Shown one piece after another: positions 57,385-64,000 of a DNA stretch of 64,000 nt. The DNA lies in the NCBI GenBank assembly GCA_905178155.1, contig CAJINV010000004.1, positions 6,488,828 to 6,552,827 on the forward strand. Reading direction: 5' to 3'. Origin of the DNA: Amoebophrya sp. A120 (Eukaryota; Protista; Dinoflagellata). A program made the position numbers and the translations under genes. The notes under the pieces were generated by a model that was not told the origin of the DNA, ran no database searches, and saw only the letters and a list, made by a program, of their open reading frames with translations. Position 1 is the first letter of the stretch. Every line of letters starts with the position of its first letter.

Positions 57385-58255
57385 ACAGGTGAAGGCGACC
57401 GGTGGAGGTGACAGGCGACGGCGACAGTTGAAGGCGACAGGCAACGGCGACAGGTGAAGGCACAAACAGGCGACGGCGGCAGGTGAAGGCGACAGGCGAG
57501 GCGACAGGCGAAACGACAGGCGAAACGACAGGCGAAACGACAGGCGAAACGACAGGCGAATAAACGACAGGCCAAAGGCCGCAACTTTTCATGCGGTTCC
57601 ACACCAGCAGCAGCACCAAAAAAAAAAATGGGCTATGTACTTCCGCGAGCAAGACAGTAGCTCTGTTATTTTTTTCCACGTGCATAAAAATAATTCTGGT
57701 TTTTCGGATATCGATGCAGTCTGGTTATTTTTTGCAGATGAGTAAAAATAAAAGCGCCGGCTTTTTCTTCTCGGAAATAAGTGGCTCGCTGGCTTTTTTT
57801 TGTTGCTGCTGCTGGTGCGGAACCGCATGGGAAGTTGCCACTTTTGGCCTGTCGCCGTCGCCTGTCGCTTCGCCTCTCCTTTCGCCTGTCGTTTCGCCTC
57901 TCCTTTCGCCTGTCGTCTCACCTGTCGCCGTCGCCTCTCGTCCTCACCTGTCAGATCAATTTACTCACGCGCATGAAGTAGTTTTTTTTTCGGATAAGAA
58001 TAAAAAAAGATTAATTATTTTTTGCACGTGAATGAAAGTGAAAGAGTTGCTTTTTTCTTGTCGAAAGTCAGCAGCTCTTTTATTTATTTCTTTGCTTTGA
58101 ATGATGACGCTGCTTGCGCGGAACCGCATGAGAAGTTGCCACTTTTGGCCTGTCGTTGTCGCCTGTCGTTTCGCCTCTCGTTTCGCCTGTCGTTTCGCCT
58201 CTCCTTTCGCCTGTCGTTTCGCCTCTCGCCGTCACCTGTCGCCGTCACTTCTCGT
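57385..58255. repeat. Foldback structure: (ggcgaaacgaca)n arm with two inverted copies
   Basis: 57385-57630 is the reverse complement of 57795-57952 (including caacttttcatgcggttcc/ggaaccgcatgggaagttg); the right arm recurs at 58110-58255. Confidence 0.85.
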
Positions 58256-58302
58256 CTGGGGTATGTGATTACAGAGCCCGGAAGTCAAGCAATATAAATA
58301 TT

Positions 58303-58360
58303 AATGCCCTCTCCGCGTAGCAAAAATCGCATTCCCTTTGCTGCTCATGCAATACAGATT
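58303..58360. mobile_element. Internal continuation of the family K introner begun at 50054
   Basis: aatgccctctccgcgtagcaaaaatcgcattccctttgctgctcatgcaatacagatt matches 23694-23751, the segment expected next after 50192. Confidence 0.82.
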
Positions 58361-58401
58361 GGCTCAAGCAGAGTAGTCATTTTGGCTCAAGCAGAGTAGT
58401 C
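58359..58401 (+). other. Tandem dinoflagellate spliced-leader-like relics
   Basis: gtagtcattttggctcaag (58373-58391) matches 18 of the last 19 nt of DinoSL (DCCGTAGCCATTTTGGCTCAAG); a second ttggctcaag at 58359-58368; 23-bp period. Confidence 0.72.
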
Positions 58402-58623
58402 GAAGTAAGAAGAGTAGCTGTAAAAAAAAAAAAAAACACCACGTTGCCACAAGTAGTCAAATAGAGCAGTTCAGCTTGAGTAGTGTTAGCAGTGCAAACA
58501 GCGAAACAAGATCTCGTAGACCGGCAGTACAGAAACCTCCAGGTTCCCTCCAGGCGAGCGGATCATTACGGAGACAGGCAGCATATCACGACGTCGCAGT
58601 TACACGAAATCAGAGGATCAGAA

Positions 58624-60615
58624 ATGACGTCGTTGTTGATGCCGGATAACGACGAAAGCGCAAAGGAGACAGGAGCAGTGGGAATGCTGCAAATTGTCCT
58701 TGGCGAGCGGGCCCTGATCCTGGATGCAGAGGGTCTGAGCCAGTTTGTGGTGGCTTCTACTCTCATCAGAGAAATGGAATCCAACGCGGCGGAGGAATAC
58801 CCAATCAGGGTAACGCTACCAGTAGCCTGCGCGTCTCCGGGAAGAACGGACAAGGAAAACCGACACTACGACGACATTGTCCTGTCGAGGGTTCACGAAC
58901 TTGCAGGCGGGAACCTAGCAGGCACGCGCAGCGACCGCCGCCCGGACGGGAGAAAGGAACTGGCCAGCTACCACAGGATCAGGAACAAGGCGACGCAGGA
59001 CAAGGACACATCGACACTGAGACAACTAGGTTTTGCAGCGGTTGCGGCGGACTTTCTCGGCCTTATCTGCGTCCAGGAGCTAGGGCTGGACATATGGCAG
59101 ATAGCACGAGTAAACGGCCACATCAGTTTCGCCAACACCATCCTCCCGTATGTGGCGGAAGCCAGCCCAGCCCTCTTCCGCTGCTTTCTCCTAGGACCAG
59201 ATAGAGAGAGACGGGAAGTGAGGCAGGCGAGCCGCAAAGAAGTAATTTTCATGAAAAAGGCAGAAGCAGCAAAGCAGGACGAAGCACTGTACGTAGCAAC
59301 GCTTCTCGACTACGAATGCCGTTGTGGAAATCGCAGCGACAGCTTCCCCCGCCTAGCCGACAGCAGCTGCCTATACTGCACGCTACATGGTATCAAACTG
59401 CTGCTGGAACTCCACGTGCTGCTGCAAGTGGATTACGAAGATGCAGCCCACCTCGTGTCGGAGCGCGCATCTCGCCTAGCTACCTACAAAGTCGGCCGCC
59501 TCAACAACACACCAAGGCGTCAGGCCTCACACGTCATCATCCCGCAGGACTACCGGCACACCACGCGCCTAGAATTTGCACTCGAAACCCTGCTTACCGA
59601 AGACGGCCACATCAACCTAGGAAAAATCCCGGGGGCAGAGGGAGTGGGCCTCCCCTGGCCATTCCCGATAATCAAGACCTTCTCCGCTCAGAACGAGATC
59701 GGTTTCGCGTGGATAATGAGCCCGTCGAAGCCTTACAACATAATGGCTCCACGCATGTACGAGCTCCCCTTCTCCCCTCCCCCGCACCCGGCGAGCACCA
59801 CGCTACCAAAAATCAACCCGAAAGTGTTGCTCCCGATGGGGAAAAAGGAGCTCCGAGCACCGATAGCGGCGGACAGGATCTGCTTGCGACACATCGAGAA
59901 CTTGAATGTAGGAGAACTAGCGGAGCACCAAAAACTCCTGGACGAAGCAGAAGGAATCCGAATAAGTGGTGAGACAGTCGATGCCTACCCGTGCCTTCGG
60001 TTCCCAGGCCTGCTAAAAGAGGTGATGGCGTCCAGGATGATGGAAACCAGCATCAGCTGTGACCACGACAATGGCGCAACGGCATTCGGCCTTTGCGCAG
60101 AATGCCTGCACGAGGAGGCGATGACAGCTATGCGCTTCATCAGTGGCGAGGGACTATCGGCGGATATCATGTGTCAACTAGTCGATGACACCAATGCGGG
60201 TGCCTTCCTGCTACATGCGGAAAAACGACGCAAGGCGAGCCGCAACAAACTGCTGGAAGCCATCAGGTCGGGGAAAGACCGCCCGTACGAGGACTTCCTG
60301 AACTACCAGGCCACGATCTGGCAGCCGTACCTCCACCAAAGTATGACGATCACGAGAATGGGGCTAGGCCTGGTCTGGGCACATAGCCGCAGCGGGTACC
60401 CGACACTCGGGCTGAACGTACCGGACCGCTGGGTAAGGTCAACCCGGGAGAACGTGGAGAGCTTCATGATGAAGCACGACGAATATGGATTGAACGACAA
60501 GGACTCGGCGGTGCAGTACAGCATGTTCCTGGAGCGCTACCGGGAAGACGACAACTGGGAAGTTCAGGCGCAAAATAGAAGAGTGGATGAGATGAAACTG
60601 ATCAGGCTCGCATGA
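58624..60615 (+). CDS. Intronless hypothetical protein, putative SKP1/BTB-like N-terminus plus Cys motifs (paralog 1)
   Basis: Open frame 58483-60615 (710 aa; first ATG 58624); full-length similarity to 61088-63061. Confidence 0.8.
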   Translation: MTSLLMPDNDESAKETGAVGMLQIVLGERALILDAEGLSQFVVASTLIREMESNAAEEYPIRVTLPVACASPGRTDKENRHYDDIVLSRVHELAGGNLAGTRSDRRPDGRKELASYHRIRNKATQDKDTSTLRQLGFAAVAADFLGLICVQELGLDIWQIARVNGHISFANTILPYVAEASPALFRCFLLGPDRERREVRQASRKEVIFMKKAEAAKQDEALYVATLLDYECRCGNRSDSFPRLADSSCLYCTLHGIKLLLELHVLLQVDYEDAAHLVSERASRLATYKVGRLNNTPRRQASHVIIPQDYRHTTRLEFALETLLTEDGHINLGKIPGAEGVGLPWPFPIIKTFSAQNEIGFAWIMSPSKPYNIMAPRMYELPFSPPPHPASTTLPKINPKVLLPMGKKELRAPIAADRICLRHIENLNVGELAEHQKLLDEAEGIRISGETVDAYPCLRFPGLLKEVMASRMMETSISCDHDNGATAFGLCAECLHEEAMTAMRFISGEGLSADIMCQLVDDTNAGAFLLHAEKRRKASRNKLLEAIRSGKDRPYEDFLNYQATIWQPYLHQSMTITRMGLGLVWAHSRSGYPTLGLNVPDRWVRSTRENVESFMMKHDEYGLNDKDSAVQYSMFLERYREDDNWEVQAQNRRVDEMKLIRLA

Positions 60616-61087
60616 ATCGAATAAATTGTGCTTTTTCTGATATCGATGCTTCAACATTTTCCCGCGAGCAGCGCTAGTGTTGGTGATGATAACTCGTATC
60701 ACCCCCATTACAAATCTGGCTCCCACCCGCAGCGGTGGAGCAGGGGTAGTGCTGTGGTCGTGCAGTACAGTGAACGGTTCTGGTGCGTGGGTGCTCTCTC
60801 CGCACTCACAATTCCTCTTTGTCCGGCCTTTCTAGATCCGCATTGTGTCATGTTCTGTTCGCTCAGGCCGGAGCCGGGAGCTACTGCTCACAGCGGGCTG
60901 GCATGGACTAGTTAGACTAGTCTTCCCCGCAAAATTCCTGATCAGATCTGCAAAGAAACAGCGGTAAGTTAAACAGATACCACTATTTATAAGAAATCAC
61001 GAAGACAACAAATAGTGGCCCACTTTTCTATCTTGCACTGAGCCGAACCACCCACCAGCAGCGCCAGCACGATAAACAAGGAAGAAA

Positions 61088-63061
61088 ATGGAAGTGGTAG
61101 AAACGGGCTCCCCAGCATGCGGAGACGGCGACGGAGATAACCTGCGCCTAGTTCTGGGCACGCGGACAGCGATTTTTCAGGAGGAGGAGCTGGAGCTATT
61201 GGCATTGGCGTCGCCACACATATCAACGCTAATCGACATCGCGGATGGAGAGCGACCGGTGCAGGTTATCCTCCCTAACAACATCAGTGACGATCAAGAC
61301 GACGCCAACCTCGCCGCCATCCTGAGCCTCATCTTTGACATGGCGGGGGGCAATCTCAGCGGTTTCGGTGAGGAGAGGCTTCCAAACGGTGATCAGGAAG
61401 CGGAAAGGTGGAAACTAAGATTTGATAACGAAATGCACAAGCGACAGGATAGAAGACAGGCGGGGCTGGCCGTGCTAGCGAAGTCGCTCGCAGCGGCAGA
61501 CTTCCTCGGTCTAAAGTGCGTCCCCAACCTGGAGGAATTCCTATGGAGCGAGGCGATCCTCAACTCCCACCAAAAATACGCACACACGATATTCCCCCAT
61601 ATCTCGCGGACCAACGCATTCCTCCACGAAGCCATCCTCCTGGGCCCGGACAAGGAGTCACGGACCGCCCGCCAGTCCGATCGGAAAAAAGAGGTGTATG
61701 CTACGGCGGCCCCGGCTATCAACCAGGACGAAGCAATCTACAAAATGGTGGGTCTCGACAAAGAATGTAGTTGCACGGTGTATTCTAATCCGTTAGGCCG
61801 TCCACACCTGGCAGGAGGGAAATGTGTGCCCTGTGCAGTCTACGGCACCGCATCTATGCTGGAGTTAATGCTACTTCTGGATCAAGACTACGAGACGGTC
61901 GCCAACATGATTTCACGAGAAGCGGGGCGCATAGCATCATATAAAGCGGACCGACTGCACGGCACCTACCGGTGTTACCCGCTAGAGGAGCGGGATCCCC
62001 AAGAACCACGCTTGTACACGCAGGCGGAATACGCGCTGGATGCCCTTACCTCCTGCGAGGGTCACCTGGCAGTAGGAAAAGTCGAGGGATCACCCCTCAT
62101 TGGCCTGCAATGGCCACTCCCGATCATCCGCACCTGGAACAGGAATTCCTGCCGCGAATTCGGCTGGGCTAAAGGAAAGAACATGGCGTATCATGCGACG
62201 GCAGGTACCGACGGGGTGCCACTCGAGGCTCGCTTCCACAGCTCAACGGGGCGCCAGGCCACGGAGGGCTCGTCAAGGGACGTAGACCGCCTAGCCAGAT
62301 TCGGGAACTTCTGCCCCTTGATCCTCCTCCCGAAAATCACGCCATCCCCCAGCCCACTGCTAGTCACTCTTCAAGACCAGATGATGGGTGATTCACACGG
62401 AGCAGCGAGGATGGCACAGGCAGTTGCCACCCACCCGGCGCTTGGGCAGCCCGGATTAATCCAAGAACTGGTCCTGCAGCAACTACACATCCGAAACCCG
62501 ACGTGCGACCACGACACGTTCAAAACAAAATTCGGCCTCTGTCGCCAGTGCCTGGAAGACGGGGCAAGAGCAGCAATGAGCATGCTCAGCGGCGAAAGCA
62601 TGACAGCCGAAATCCTGTGCGAAGCGGTGGGAGATACGGTGGCTCCGGGAGTTCTGGCGCTGGCAAGATCAAACCGCAGGTCAACACGGCGTGCCCTCGT
62701 GGACGCAACCAGGAGCGGGTCCCAGGAAGCCTACAACTACTTCTTCGAGGAGCAGGAAAAACTCCCGCAATACCCGCTACAACCGGGGATGGGAATCACC
62801 CGCATGGGCCTAGGTTTAATCTGGGCGCACGGGCGCAGTGGCTACCCGATGGAGTGGCTCCTTGTAATGAACAAATGGCTCAGAGGAACAGAAGAAGACG
62901 TCGCAGAATTTCTACGGCAACATGAGGAGCTCGACCTCCGATACTCGGGGATAGAGCATCAATACAGCAGGCTAGTTAACCTCCACAGAGGACGGATCCA
63001 TGCAAACAGTCAGATTCAAGAAGAAAAAGTGGATGAATTAAAACTAATTACATGCCAGTGA
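61088..63061 (+). CDS. Intronless hypothetical protein, putative SKP1/BTB-like N-terminus plus Cys motifs (paralog 2), 657 aa
   Basis: Shared motifs AGGNL.G, AADFLGL, LLGPD, LD.EC.C...C..C, GL.WP.PII.T, CDHD...FGLC..CL, ITRMGLGL.WAH.RSGYP, VDE.KLI. Confidence 0.82.
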   Translation: MEVVETGSPACGDGDGDNLRLVLGTRTAIFQEEELELLALASPHISTLIDIADGERPVQVILPNNISDDQDDANLAAILSLIFDMAGGNLSGFGEERLPNGDQEAERWKLRFDNEMHKRQDRRQAGLAVLAKSLAAADFLGLKCVPNLEEFLWSEAILNSHQKYAHTIFPHISRTNAFLHEAILLGPDKESRTARQSDRKKEVYATAAPAINQDEAIYKMVGLDKECSCTVYSNPLGRPHLAGGKCVPCAVYGTASMLELMLLLDQDYETVANMISREAGRIASYKADRLHGTYRCYPLEERDPQEPRLYTQAEYALDALTSCEGHLAVGKVEGSPLIGLQWPLPIIRTWNRNSCREFGWAKGKNMAYHATAGTDGVPLEARFHSSTGRQATEGSSRDVDRLARFGNFCPLILLPKITPSPSPLLVTLQDQMMGDSHGAARMAQAVATHPALGQPGLIQELVLQQLHIRNPTCDHDTFKTKFGLCRQCLEDGARAAMSMLSGESMTAEILCEAVGDTVAPGVLALARSNRRSTRRALVDATRSGSQEAYNYFFEEQEKLPQYPLQPGMGITRMGLGLIWAHGRSGYPMEWLLVMNKWLRGTEEDVAEFLRQHEELDLRYSGIEHQYSRLVNLHRGRIHANSQIQEEKVDELKLITCQ

Positions 63062-64000
63062 AAGTTACGGGAGCCCTGTAGATACACAGCAAAGGCTCAG
63101 CAAAAAAACAGGGATAAAAGATAAACAGAAAGTTAGTCACGTGTCGCGCTGATGAAAAAAAGGAAGACGCGCAGCACAACACAAAGGACGTTCGCTGCGC
63201 AGCAATCTGTTCCAAGAAGCACACCTACTGCCCGATTAATGCTATCCCCCATTCCGCGGCCTGGAGGGTTTTTTGCATGTCTTCGTCCTGGGGCCGCCTG
63301 CACTTCTGCTGTCGGGTGATATCAGTGCCTCTGCCCTGCTGTCGTTGCGGGCAGTCTCGGGCACCCACGACGGTGTCCGGTCCCGGGCCGGCCCCGTGGG
63401 TAATCTTGTATGTCTTTGTGCTTCTTGCAAGCACGTTCCAGCTCCTCCAGCTGGCACCAGCCCGCCAGGTCGTCTCGTCCGTGTTTGCAGCTCGAATGAG
63501 CTCGGCGCTAGTGCGCAAGGTTTTGTAAATCAGGAGTGGGGGAACTAGCGGGGTGATCAGAGCCCGGAGTGGCGGTGGATCTTGTAATGCGGGTCTGGCA
63601 AGAAGAGCATCAACCAAACAAAATGAAATATATGGTGTGTAATGCAGGCCGGACAGGAGATGCACAAGCTAAGAGAATCAGTAGTGCGTCAAGGCTAGGA
63701 AAGCCAGCCGACTAAAACTAACGTGAGCTACGATCGCAATAGTTAGAAAAAAAAAAAAGAAAAAAAGCTCCCTGAAAAAAAATATATATGCAACACACAA
63801 GTAGTCCACTTTTTCTGATATGAATCGCTGAACTCGGGGCAGAAGCAGCCTAGGAGAAAAGGCAGATCGGAGTGCGCCGCGTTTCGCTACGGGCAGTAAG
63901 AGTGGCAGTGATATCGAAAGCAGGATCCCGAACTTCAGCCACATGCTGAAAATCCGACACGGTAGGAACGCGAACCAAGTCAGCGACCGTGACATCACAT

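Noticed and set aside
50364-58297. Long overlapping Arg/Ala/Gly-rich ORFs on both strands
   Set aside because: By-products of stop-poor satellite and minisatellite arrays
1548-63061. Autonomous transposase for the introners
   Set aside because: No recognisable DDE, HUH, tyrosine-recombinase or RT motif in the long ORFs and none is bounded by introner TIRs; a profile search is needed to exclude it fully
63225-63998. Minus-strand ORFs at the window end
   Set aside because: Short, no motif, partly poly-T derived; cannot be judged without downstream sequence

Overview
Eukaryotic genomic DNA, most consistent with the parasitic dinoflagellate relative Amoebophrya (Syndiniales). This is inferred from the intron type and a dinoflagellate spliced-leader relic, not from a database match. 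The ORF track is misleading because the real genes are fragmented. Seven co-oriented + strand genes are split by 54 complete and 1 interrupted MITE-like 'introner' inserts of about 145-330 bp, in about 13 sequence families. The genes are two paralogous uncharacterised membrane proteins, a large LRR protein, a Cys/His protein, a GT77-type glycosyltransferase, MAF1 and a two-domain PFK-like protein. Each insert typically has TAT...ATA termini, terminal inverted repeats and a 5-bp target-site duplication (TSD), and most lack GT-AG ends. Removing element plus one TSD copy restores the reading frame in every case I traced by hand, and paralogs in the window show the empty sites. The last introner of the PFK-like gene is split by an ~8.1-kb block of satellites and foldback repeats. 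It is then cut again by a segment starting with spliced-leader-like repeats and carrying two paralogous, intronless SKP1/BTB-like plus Cys-motif ORFs. An intronless PPR gene, an orphan 873-aa ORF and several minisatellites are also present. All coordinates were read by eye, family letters are my own labels, and exact splice points inside the TSDs need RNA-seq.
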